From assembly GCA_041398725.1 (NCBI GenBank), contig JAWKUE010000003.1, positions 339,263 to 403,262 of the forward strand: a stretch of DNA of 64,000 nt. Direction: 5' to 3'. This document shows, piece after piece, positions 40,173 through 48,333 of the stretch (its first letter is position 1; the number at the start of each line of letters is the position of its first letter). This DNA comes from Planctomycetaceae bacterium (lineage in GTDB: Bacteria; Planctomycetota; Planctomycetia; Planctomycetales; Planctomycetaceae). The translations under genes and the position numbers were made by a program. Below the pieces are notes generated by a model. That model searched no databases. It was not told the origin of the DNA and saw only the letters and a program-made list of their open reading frames with translations.

Positions 40173-40724
40173 CTACGCCTCACTTCTGAGCTGCTGCAAT
40201 AAGTCGAAGGTACCGTGTTTAATGGTCCAGAGAGTCATGTATTCCCAATCGAGCTTCGCAAGCTGCACTTGAAGAACTTTTCTTGCGTCGTCGATGTCCT
40301 TTTCGCGATGCCATCTGAGCTTTTGGATGATGACATCTTCCGGGGACGGAACTACCACTGTGACTTTGAGTTCAGGAAGCACAACACTCCGGCGTCGAAG
40401 AAAACGTTCCCGGTGATGTTCGTCACTTCCTAAACGAAACAACACTATGTCAAACTTGGTCGGTACATGCGTGAGTATGTTTCTGATTGTTCCCGTCAGA
40501 GTTTCGAAAGTCATCTGCATGTCGATTCGGAATTCCTCGTCGAGACTCTGTCGAATTCGTTTGAGATCTCCTTCGGAATACGCAATTTCAATATCGGCAT
40601 CTTTGGTGGCGCGAGGATAACTGTAGAAATTGCTCGAAAACGAGCCGACGAGCATGTACGGAATCTCCAACGTCTGGAGTGCCTGCTGAACGCTCGCCAG
40701 CGCTTCGAAACTATTTTTCGACAT
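40173..40724 (-). CDS. Pol-beta-superfamily nucleotidyltransferase-fold protein (toxin-like)
   Basis: It has the minimal NTase motif LVGSFSSNFYSYPRATKDADIEI (G-S..D-x-D). The C-terminal helical part has EDVIIQKLRWHREKDIDDARKVL. Start set at ATG 40724. Confidence 0.6.
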   Translation of the reverse strand: MSKNSFEALASVQQALQTLEIPYMLVGSFSSNFYSYPRATKDADIEIAYSEGDLKRIRQSLDEEFRIDMQMTFETLTGTIRNILTHVPTKFDIVLFRLGSDEHHRERFLRRRSVVLPELKVTVVVPSPEDVIIQKLRWHREKDIDDARKVLQVQLAKLDWEYMTLWTIKHGTFDLLQQLRSEA

Positions 40725-40989
40725 CAGTCTCCGCCATACCGCAATTCCTGTAGAGCCCATGGTCGTCGATTCGACGAACAATCTCTTTGCGTCGTTCGAT
40801 TTCTGCGTCAATTTGCTCCACAGAAAAATCCGGGTTTTCAGCGCGAATTGCCATCGTTAGCCATCGCATACCTTCGTCATACAAATCAGCACCGCCGCGT
40901 AATCGCTCCACATCGGTCAGCGATTGGCTGCGATCAATTTTCGATCTGGCGATCGAGTCTTGTAATGCACGTGTGGTGTGGTCAATCAT
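40711..40989 (-). CDS. Small hypothetical protein, putative partner of the NTase
   Basis: This 92-aa ORF has its stop overlapping the NTase start by 14 nt, an arrangement typical of two-gene toxin-antitoxin-like cassettes. Confidence 0.45.
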   Translation of the reverse strand: MIDHTTRALQDSIARSKIDRSQSLTDVERLRGGADLYDEGMRWLTMAIRAENPDFSVEQIDAEIERRKEIVRRIDDHGLYRNCGMAETDVEK

Positions 40990-41157
40990 TTAAGAGAGCT
41001 GTTGCGTTTCGATTAGTTTTACGAAAGTGTGCCAACAATCTTCCGACATACTTTTCGCGCGTAGAATTTCCAGACAAAAATCTTTGACAGCGCGTTGTGT
41101 TTTGGGAGTATAGCAAAGAACCAACACGTGTTGAACTGCGCACCGCTATGGAACATT

Positions 41158-41346
41158 TCGCACCAGCTTTTGCTGCATTCATTTAAACGCTTGCGGCCTG
41201 AGCCTGGCGTTAACAGCCAGAATACAACGCATTGTCCGCCCGAAGGTGGAGCTACGAACCGAAATCATTGCTTCGTTGTCTGGACATATGAATCGCCGCC
41301 GAGTCTGAATACCATGCAGAAATCCCCTGCGATTTTGTGTCTCTTC
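41158..41346 (+). repeat. 189-bp non-coding repeat, copy A (direct repeat of 42477-42666)
   Basis: It aligns end to end with copy B with scattered substitutions (roughly 85-90 percent identity by eye). The substitutions fall at all codon positions of every frame, which argues against coding. Confidence 0.85.
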
Positions 41347-41634
41347 GTGTTTTTCGTGGCCAGCAAAACTCAAGCGGCGCGTGGCAGGTTTTCCAGCCAC
41401 AAAGACACTCAAGAAGGCACAAAGGGGACGTTGTATTGCTTGACAGGGTGTCGAATTCGAATTGCAACCGTTTAATTCATCGCCCGTAAATCGCGCCCTT
41501 TGGCACAAATTTTGACCGAGTCCCGGAGCGACCAACGCAGTCGACTCAGCAAAGACTATCGTTCCGGAGAAATCAATGCCATTCGTTACAATGTTCGCTA
41601 CAATCGCTCCGGATATTTCGCTTAGGAGCCATCC

Positions 41635-42405
41635 ATGCCGCTACACGACTGGTCTCGGGTTGAATCCGGAGTTTTTCACGATTTCCACACTGTCTGGATT
41701 GCAGAAATCCGGAACCGGCTCAATGCAGGACTATTGCCCGAGAACTACTATGCGTTGGCTGAGCAGCATGCCGGAGAGTACATCGCTGACGTACTCGCGC
41801 TGCACGTCCCGCCGAGAGCGGACGAACAGAGTCGCTTCGACGAATCGAATGACGAATCGGGCGGAGGAACAGCGCTCGCAGAAGCGCCGCCGAAAGTGGC
41901 TCAGCATGAAACGATTGAACTGGATATCGTCGAGATACAGCGATTCCTGTCGATTCGACATCTCAGTTCACATCGAGTGGTCGCGTTGCTGGAGATTGTT
42001 TCGCCGGGAAATAAGAATAATCAGGCTCGCTATGATGCATTCGTACATAAGACTGTCGCTGCGGTTCGTCGCCGAGTGAACGTGTTACTCGTCGATGTGC
42101 ATAAGACGGGCAAATTTGATCAGGATGGAATCAACGCCTGTATTCGAAATATTCTGTCACCACATTCGAAGCCAATTATCGACAAACCCCGTCATTCAAC
42201 ATTGGCCTCCTATTGTCCTGACCCGCCGCGATCGCTGGATATCTACCTTGAACATGTTGCTCCCGATATGCCGCTGCCCGACATGCCGATCTTTCTGAAC
42301 CCGGACCGTTATGTCAACGTACCGCTTGAGGCCACGTATCTGGAAGCATGGAACGGGATGCCCGACTTCTGGAGGAACGTCGTGCTGGGAAAACCGCTAC
42401 CATGA
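41635..42405 (+). CDS. DUF4058-like protein
   Basis: The N-terminus MPLHDWSRVESGVFHDFHTVWIAEIRNRLNAGLLPENYYALAEQ follows the DUF4058 pattern (W..FH..LI..I...L...LP..YYA..E). Length is 256 aa. Confidence 0.6.
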   Translation: MPLHDWSRVESGVFHDFHTVWIAEIRNRLNAGLLPENYYALAEQHAGEYIADVLALHVPPRADEQSRFDESNDESGGGTALAEAPPKVAQHETIELDIVEIQRFLSIRHLSSHRVVALLEIVSPGNKNNQARYDAFVHKTVAAVRRRVNVLLVDVHKTGKFDQDGINACIRNILSPHSKPIIDKPRHSTLASYCPDPPRSLDIYLEHVAPDMPLPDMPIFLNPDRYVNVPLEATYLEAWNGMPDFWRNVVLGKPLP

Positions 42406-42476
42406 ACCGTGCAGATTTCGATTCGGACTCTGCACCACATCCCGTCAAATAAATGAAACCATCGCCAGCGTTTTTG

Positions 42477-42666
42477 TCGCATCAGCTTTTGCTGCACTCA
42501 TTTAAACGCTTGCGGCCTGAGCCGGGCGTTCACAGCCAAAATACAAAGCATTGTCCGTCCAAAGGTGGAACTACGAACCGAAATCCATGCTTCGTTGTCT
42601 GGACATATCAATCGCCGCCGAGTCTGGACACCATGCAGCAATGACCTGCGATTTTGGTGTCTCTTC
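42477..42666 (+). repeat. 190-bp non-coding repeat, copy B
   Basis: See copy A. It has the same orientation and lies 71 nt after the DUF4058 stop. Confidence 0.85.
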
Positions 42667-42695
42667 TGGGGATCCACGGAGCCATGCACCGAAAT

Positions 42696-43223
42696 TTATG
42701 TGCGTCTGGCTGGTCGAAACTTTCGGATGCGGCGGCGTTCTTCGCGGTTCAACGGGATGTCAAAGACGGAGGGGTCGAACTCGGTTGCGTGACGCACCGA
42801 TTTGCCGTGCTTTTCACGCAGCTCACGATAGTGAGATTTCAAACGTTCTGCGTAGGCTTTGTCTCGTACCACCATGTCAGCCCAGAAATCCAGGAGCTCT
42901 GCAGCATAGGATGACTGCGTGTGGAATGGGTCCAGAAAAGGATTGGCAAATTCTTCGTTCGTCATGCGCCAGACTTCGTCCGCGCCAGAATTCCATGTGT
43001 AACTGATGGTGGCGACTTCACGCGGATGCTGATCAGATTCGGACTTTGCGTGCAGGACTTTGATGATCACTCGCTCGCAATTGCAACTCAGGTCCGTGCA
43101 AAAGTATTCCATGAACAGGAACGCTCCCACGGGTATGGTTTCGCCACCTTCTGGAAGTATGGCCGTTCGCAGTTCCGTTTTCGTCTTCCGGGGAAACGCT
43201 TCGAAGTATCCAATGACTGACAT
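42696..43223 (-). CDS. Hypothetical protein
   Basis: This 175-aa ORF starts at ATG 43223 (MSVIGYFEAFPRK..) and has a CTDLSCNCERV motif. I recognise no family. Confidence 0.5.
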   Translation of the reverse strand: MSVIGYFEAFPRKTKTELRTAILPEGGETIPVGAFLFMEYFCTDLSCNCERVIIKVLHAKSESDQHPREVATISYTWNSGADEVWRMTNEEFANPFLDPFHTQSSYAAELLDFWADMVVRDKAYAERLKSHYRELREKHGKSVRHATEFDPSVFDIPLNREERRRIRKFRPARRT

Positions 43224-43239
43224 CTTATTAAAGTCCTTT

Positions 43240-43422
43240 TCAGTAAGCACAAGTAAGCGCCAAATTGCTTTCAATCGTTTCGCCATGGTGCTTTTCGGCG
43301 ATGATGTGATCTACTTGACACCCGTAGAACGTATCCGATTCACTGATACGGCAATACTCGCATCTACCTGCAGCGCGTTCGATCACCAGGCGGCGAAGAT
43401 CAGTCGAAATTTAAGACGTCAT
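43240..43422 (-). pseudogene. HNH endonuclease, disrupted
   Basis: Its ATG overlaps the upstream stop (ATGA), but codon 4 is TAA. The rest reads ISTDLRRLVIERAAGRCEYCRISESDTFYGCQVDHIIAEKHHGETIESNLALTCAY-stop. That is an HNH core (C.YC...DHI....G....NLAL.C) ending just before the expected CN..K. Confidence 0.55.
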
Positions 43423-43652
43423 TCGGAGACAAGTTTCCGAGCTTTGGCCTTTGCCAATCTCATGATGTGCTCAACCTGCAAGAAGTGATCAAGCTCAGAG
43501 CGTTCTTCCACAGTAAGCTCGGAAGCTTTCTCACGGGCGATCAAGTCAGCCACGCGGTCTTTTGATTCCGGTGAGGGGCAAAACAATGCAACGGTCTGCG
43601 GAGTTGTCCCAGATGCAATGAAGTCTACGATGTCAGAGTATGCTCGGCTCAT
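43419..43652 (-). CDS. Small antitoxin-like protein
   Basis: This 77-aa ORF (..LTVEERSELDHFLQVEHIMRLAKAKARKLVSE) resembles small addiction-module-component-type proteins. It is translationally coupled to the HNH remnant. Confidence 0.5.
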   Translation of the reverse strand: MSRAYSDIVDFIASGTTPQTVALFCPSPESKDRVADLIAREKASELTVEERSELDHFLQVEHIMRLAKAKARKLVSE

Positions 43653-43789
43653 GATCGTATTTTACGGTAAATCAGAAGAAAAGCAAACAGCGTCATATCG
43701 AGCGGGATAACGACCGCCATCAGCGGATGGCTGGCGAAAAGTGTCCATGTCAAAACCGAAACGACCGCCATTCCGCTGCACGGAATTGT

Positions 43790-43936
43790 TCAAGTAAGCC
43801 GCTGTCGCGGCGGGGGTTGTCTGTGCTGAATGATACGGCGAAGTTGTAGCGTTTGGCAATGGGGACTGGTCATTCTGTCTGCTGTTGGGGCGTCACTGGA
43901 TGCTCCGTTTGTGGTTTCTGACAGAAAGACTTTCAC
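43790..43936 (-). pseudogene. Truncated paralogue of the Gly-rich protein gene at 46090-46560
   Basis: The GTG-initiated 48-codon ORF VKVFLSETTNGASSDAPTADRMTSPHCQTLQLRR.. shares its first 33 codons or so, and its upstream DNA (43840-43940 vs 46464-46565), with the 156-aa gene, then diverges and stops. Confidence 0.55.
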
Positions 43937-44420
43937 ATGGCCCCTTCTCACAACGACTCACGAAACAATAATGGCGACGATCGCAATCGCAATGCCCGAC
44001 GACGAAAGATTGAACCAGCGCACAAGGAACTGTCGGTCGCGTGGCGATACATTATTGCCTGCGATTCAGGCCCGGCGGGCCGACAAACCCAATGCCGGTG
44101 TGCGTGAGCCACCGGTCAAAAGGAGAAAGTCAGCGTTCAAGGCCCGGAGGGCCGACACATTGACCCGATCATGATGACTAATGGCCTCGCTGCTGCCTGG
44201 ACCTGTATCGCTCGGGGCGATTTGTGAACCTTCCGTCGGCCTCGTGCCGGCCGGAGGTACAACTGGCAGCTACAGAAAGATCCAACAGACTTGGGCTCTC
44301 CGTCCGGTTTACCCGGGCGGAAGCAACGTCGAACGCGTCACAAATCAGTAATTCTGAATCGTGGTGCCTGCGACGAGGTCCTGAACGGCACGAACTCCAA
44401 ACGGAGAAGAGTCGTACATG

Positions 44421-44514
44421 GCGGTAGAAAAATTTTACGGTAAAAAGATTTGACGTTCGGCATCTCTCGCAATTTTTCTACCGCGAAATTTTTCTACCGC
44501 GAAATTTTTCTACC
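44421..44514. promoter_or_regulatory. Iteron-like cluster: three direct 16-bp repeats plus one inverted copy
   Basis: CGCAATTTTTCTACC (44468-44482) and GCGAAATTTTTCTACC (44483-44498 and 44499-44514) are head to tail. The inverted copy GCGGTAGAAAAATTTT is at 44421-44436. Confidence 0.7.
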
Positions 44515-45299
44515 CTGCTCCTCATTCCTGATGGAGAAGTACACTTCATAGCGGCGTCAGAATAGCGTCGCGGGAATTGTGTCGTGGTGCATGGCACCAT
44601 GACCGTAGAGTGCATCGCATTGTGACTATATATGGATCGGTCTACGGTTGTCGTGGTCCGCGTCAGTATAGTTCAGCACAGTGAGGTTTTAGTAACGATC
44701 GACGTTGTATTGCTCATTACCGTCGTCGCTCGCCAGGATCTCACTCCGATTCGTGCGTACATCTTTCGGAAAGCGAACAACGAGAGCGGCTAATGTCCAC
44801 GAGCCGGTGGGCTCCTTCGGGTCAAGGGCTTTCAGCCCTTGTTAGGATTGTCGGGCATACTCGTTCGATCATGACTAGTGTGTCCTGTTTCGAACAAGAA
44901 CCACAGGGTCTCACTGGTTGCCTTGATGACATGATATATAGCGCGAGCGGCGAGCGACTCCGGGTCTTCTTCACAGCTGGCCGTATCGCGGCGAGAGATA
45001 TTGCCTTCCAGCGTTGAACAAACCCTGGGCAGAATCCAACAGATACAAAATTTCGGAGCTCATGTCGTTCACCGCCGGAAGGCCACTCCCGGTCGATTCA
45101 CCCTCACTACCTTTCTGTGTACGCTTCAACGAAAAATTTCGGTTACGTCGCCAGCATTACGGCTTCACGTATCCTTATAGTCTCGCTGCAACACTCGATA
45201 CGGAGCCTCCGGCTAAGAGTTACTCCGGCGGGTGTCACACCCGCTTGTCATCAAACCATTTCCAGTCCGCACGTTCACGGTTTTGTTCTGCCGCATTCA

Positions 45300-45650
45300 T
45301 CATGTGTGGCCGAATCGAACCTGCGTTTCTGTGACAACGACAAAAGCGCCTGCAATCTGATCTTGGTATCCGTCAAGAAGTTTCTCAATCGCGTCGATCT
45401 TTGATACTGCTCGTTCGTCTTGAAGCCTAAGGAAAATCACGCCGTGATGTGGGCGCTTGTCACGATAGACCTTTTCGCCAAAATCCTTATCGTTCGTGAT
45501 TATAATCCAGCGTTCCGAATATGCCTTGTCGAGAATGTCATCATCGGTCGTGGCCCTCGCTTCTTCGTAGACGGAAAAGACCTCGTGGGACTGATCCCGC
45601 AGCCAATGAGCCACGGCGGGACCCGTGCATTCATCGACAAGGAATCGCAT
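45300..45650 (-). CDS. DUF5615-family PIN-like (Mut7-C-type) putative toxin
   Basis: MRFLVDECTGPAVAHWLRDQSHEV..WIIITNDKDFGE matches the DUF5615 pattern. It starts immediately after the DUF433 stop. Confidence 0.7.
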   Translation of the reverse strand: MRFLVDECTGPAVAHWLRDQSHEVFSVYEEARATTDDDILDKAYSERWIIITNDKDFGEKVYRDKRPHHGVIFLRLQDERAVSKIDAIEKLLDGYQDQIAGAFVVVTETQVRFGHT

Positions 45651-45899
45651 TTAGCCCGACTCCGCGACCAGCGGCATGAATGATGTGCTGGACAACGATT
45701 GCGACGCAAAGAGCAGACATGCCTGTATATCTTCTGTGGTCAATCCGTCATATTCGTCGATGATGTTGGCAGCGGATGAACCGTGGGCCAGAAGATTCAG
45801 GATGAATTCGACCGTCAATCGCGTACCCTTGATCACTGGCTTGCCAACCATGACCCCTGGATCACACGTGATTCGTTCGAGCAGTTGTTGATCGTTCAT
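45651..45899 (-). CDS. DUF433-family putative antitoxin
   Basis: ITCDPGVMVGKPVIKGTRLTVEFILNLLAHGSS..IIDEYDGLTTEDIQACLLFA is the typical DUF433 core. Start set at ATG 45899. Confidence 0.7.
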   Translation of the reverse strand: MNDQQLLERITCDPGVMVGKPVIKGTRLTVEFILNLLAHGSSAANIIDEYDGLTTEDIQACLLFASQSLSSTSFMPLVAESG

Positions 45900-46089
45900 G
45901 AATTGCCTCACTCTGATGGTATTCGTTGCGGGACGCGCTGACAAGTCGAGCAACCCGACCCATGCGCGGGTGCCTGGATTGAGTGGCAGAACGTTACGGT
46001 TCAGCGGGCGGCGGCGAACGACGCGCAAGCAGACGGAAAAACTAGCCACCGCCGCTCCATTTCAACCGATGGTTCGTCGTATTCAGTGG

Positions 46090-46560
46090 TTAGTTGAGGA
46101 GTGTTGCAACACCCTCTGCGGTCAATTTGATGCGCAACTTCTTCTTTGAGATTGGGAATTGTTGTCCGTCGACAACCACCGCTCTCCCGTCGTTCTTAAT
46201 TTCCACCGTATGCTTCCCGACACGAAGTGTTGGAACATCATTTACATACTCCAAAGTCGCAGACAAGAAGGAGAACCCGCCACCGCCAAAGCTGAAGCCA
46301 CCGCCACCACCACTCGTCGTCGAAAAGCCATCTTCAACGGCGGATGGCCTGGAAACCACTATTGACCCTCCGCCGCCCCCTCCACCGGAATCTGGTGCAC
46401 GGACGTCATCAAATATGATTGTCGCACGCTCCAGGTCTAGATATTCGAGTTGAATGGTACGTTGAAGTTGTAGCGTTTGGCAATGGGGATTGGTCAATCT
46501 GTCTGTCGGTGGAGCATCACTGGATGCTCCGTTCATCGTTTCTGACAGAAAGAGATTCAC
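46090..46560 (-). CDS. Hypothetical Gly-rich protein
   Basis: This 156-aa ORF has a GTG start and contains G7 and GGGGGFSFGGGGFSF tracts. Coding status is uncertain. Confidence 0.4.
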   Translation of the reverse strand: MNLFLSETMNGASSDAPPTDRLTNPHCQTLQLQRTIQLEYLDLERATIIFDDVRAPDSGGGGGGGSIVVSRPSAVEDGFSTTSGGGGGFSFGGGGFSFLSATLEYVNDVPTLRVGKHTVEIKNDGRAVVVDGQQFPISKKKLRIKLTAEGVATLLN

Positions 46561-46753
46561 ATGACCAGTTCCAACAACAACTCATCACACAACAACGACG
46601 ACGACAACAAGAACCGCCGCGGAGCGAACGCTAAACGCCGAAAGATTGAGCCTCTTCGTAAGGCACCGGACAGCGAACGAGGGCTCACACATTCACCGTA
46701 TTTCAACGGCACGCTGTACGAACGCATGAGCCAGGATCTGCATTGATGGCTGC

Positions 46754-47394
46754 GTAGCCATCTCGCTCCGCCGAGATGAGCCTACAAGATGGCGTTTGGC
46801 TCAACAGACAAGGGCGGCCTCTCAAACAACATTCATTGACGAATCTATTGACCAGCCGACCGGGCTTACCATATTCACATGTGAGAGTCCGGGCTCATCA
46901 CAGCGGAGTGTGATGGCTACATAAGCAGAGCACTCCGCTCAGAGCTGTCTGATCGGCAAACACCGGATCCAGAGAACTGCCATCGAAATACTCATGCTGA
47001 ATGACGCCCAGGCACTACGTTTGCGAGTGCAATAGACTTGATTTCACCCGAAACGCTTCCTGACACCTTAAAGTGCTCAAAGTAGCCATCTCGCTCCGCC
47101 GAGATGAGCCCACAAGATGGCATTTGGCTCAACAGACAAGGGCGGCCTCTCAAACAACATTCATTGACAAATCTATTGACCAGCCGACCGGGCTTGCCAT
47201 ATTCACATGTGAGAGACCGGGCTCATCACAGCGGAGTGTGATGGCTACATAAGCCAGAGCACTCCGCTCAGAGCTGTCTGATCGGCAAACATCGGATCCA
47301 GAGAACTGCCATTGAAATATTCATGCTGAATGATGCCCAGGCACTACGTTTGCGAGTGCAATAGACTTGATTTCACCCGAAACGCGTCCTGAAG
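46754..47394 (+). repeat. Two tandem copies of a roughly 312-bp unit (period 328 bp), ORF-free
   Basis: 46754-47065 aligns with 47082-47394 with about 10 substitutions, mostly transitions, and one 1-nt indel. No ORF of 60 aa or more exists in any frame between 46747 and 47546. Confidence 0.9.
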
Positions 47395-47456
47395 TTCCAG
47401 GATTCAGTGTTCCCCGGCGAACAACGCCCACATTCTTTTCGGGGGGGACGGCACAG

Positions 47457-47546
47457 ATGCAGAATCATGCTCAATTCTTCGTGGGTCTGGGGACACTTTC
47501 ACTGATCAACTCTGGCTTGGCACAGTCAAAGGGTCGCAGCGGATAA
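47457..47546 (+). pseudogene. Truncated copy of the small membrane-protein gene at 51338-51535
   Basis: MQNHAQFFVGLGTLSLINSGLAQSKGRSG-stop aligns with MHNQTQFFVGLGTLSLINAGLAQSKRRCGLLWW.. in the full copy. TTA has become TAA at 47544. DNA similarity continues to about 47562. Confidence 0.7.
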
Positions 47547-47571
47547 TTGTGGTGGCTGTCCTCAAATTCCT

Positions 47572-48333
47572 CTAAAGACATCGCTCACTCAGTCGGAGTC
47601 TCACCAACAGATCGTTCAATGCGGCTGCCCCACTGGGGGTCTCCGGCAACGAGCTTTCCTCAAATGCTCTTTCAAGTTCAGTCCGCAGTCTTGCGTACTC
47701 CCGTTCATGGAACCCAAGGTCGGCTTGTTCAAGAGTTCCTTTCTCGGTGCCACTAACTTTGCGTTCAATCAGTTCGGGAATGTACGGAAGTTTGAAAGTC
47801 TCGTTCAATAAAATAAGGTTCGCTTCAATTTCACCAGCACGCATCAGATGAATTCCGGTGATCAATACTCGGTAGACGTACAGCAGCGGTTTAACTCGTG
47901 GTGGATCTTCTTTTTGGAACAGCTTCCACTGCGTGGCTGCGAAGCCGAGGTAGTGGTGAGCATGATGTTTCGTCAGACAATCGGGAGCAATGGCCTTGAG
48001 TTCTTCATGCTCCGGCGTGGTGTGGACGATCAGCGGCGAAAGTACCTGCTCCATGACGTAACCGTTCTTCTTCAGCATCAGCCCGAAGAACTTCTTAGCG
48101 TCATGGGACACGAGATCGATTTCCATGCCGTCATAGATGCCTGACTTTTCAACGGTTTCACGCCCTTCCTGAAGCCCGACAACATCCTTCAGCGGCAGCA
48201 AATGCACGCCTCGCAGGTCGAAGTCCGAATCCGGCGATGGGAAACCGTACAGGTGCGCTCCGCTGATCGTGGCGAATAGCAATGGGTAGGGATGGTCGTT
48301 GATCTGGTTATACAATCGGGGATCAATGTTCAT
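47572..48333 (-). CDS. Pol-beta-type nucleotidyltransferase (PF10127/RlaP-like), paralogue B
   Basis: It has the motif ATISGAHLYGFPSPDSDFDLRGVHLLP. Its start ATG overlaps the stop of the upstream paralogue (ATGA at 48330-48333). Confidence 0.7.
   Translation of the reverse strand: MNIDPRLYNQINDHPYPLLFATISGAHLYGFPSPDSDFDLRGVHLLPLKDVVGLQEGRETVEKSGIYDGMEIDLVSHDAKKFFGLMLKKNGYVMEQVLSPLIVHTTPEHEELKAIAPDCLTKHHAHHYLGFAATQWKLFQKEDPPRVKPLLYVYRVLITGIHLMRAGEIEANLILLNETFKLPYIPELIERKVSGTEKGTLEQADLGFHEREYARLRTELERAFEESSLPETPSGAAALNDLLVRLRLSERCL

Noticed and set aside
43659-44444. The exact 13-mer ATTTTACGGTAAA occurs at 43659-43671 and 44432-44444 and could be direct repeats bounding an insertion.
   Set aside because: It is AT-rich and short. 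A rough estimate gives about one such match by chance within 1 kb, and nothing else supports a discrete element between the copies.
44468-44514. Considered the short tandem repeat clusters (44468-44514, 36337-36396, 7384-7425) as CRISPR arrays.
   Set aside because: The units are directly adjacent, with no unique spacers, and are only 7-16 bp long. No cas genes are present in the window.
45312-45321. GAATCGAACC is the reverse complement of a tRNA T-loop-like GGTTCGATTC and could be a tRNA fragment or att site.
   Set aside because: It lies inside the DUF5615 coding sequence (..ETQVRFGHT). The flanking bases do not form a T-stem or an acceptor stem.
46754-47394. Tested the tandem 328-bp repeats as a diversity-generating retroelement TR/VR pair.
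   Set aside because: The mismatches between the copies are mostly C/T and G/A transitions at mixed positions, not adenine-specific. There is no reverse transcriptase gene and no target ORF nearby.
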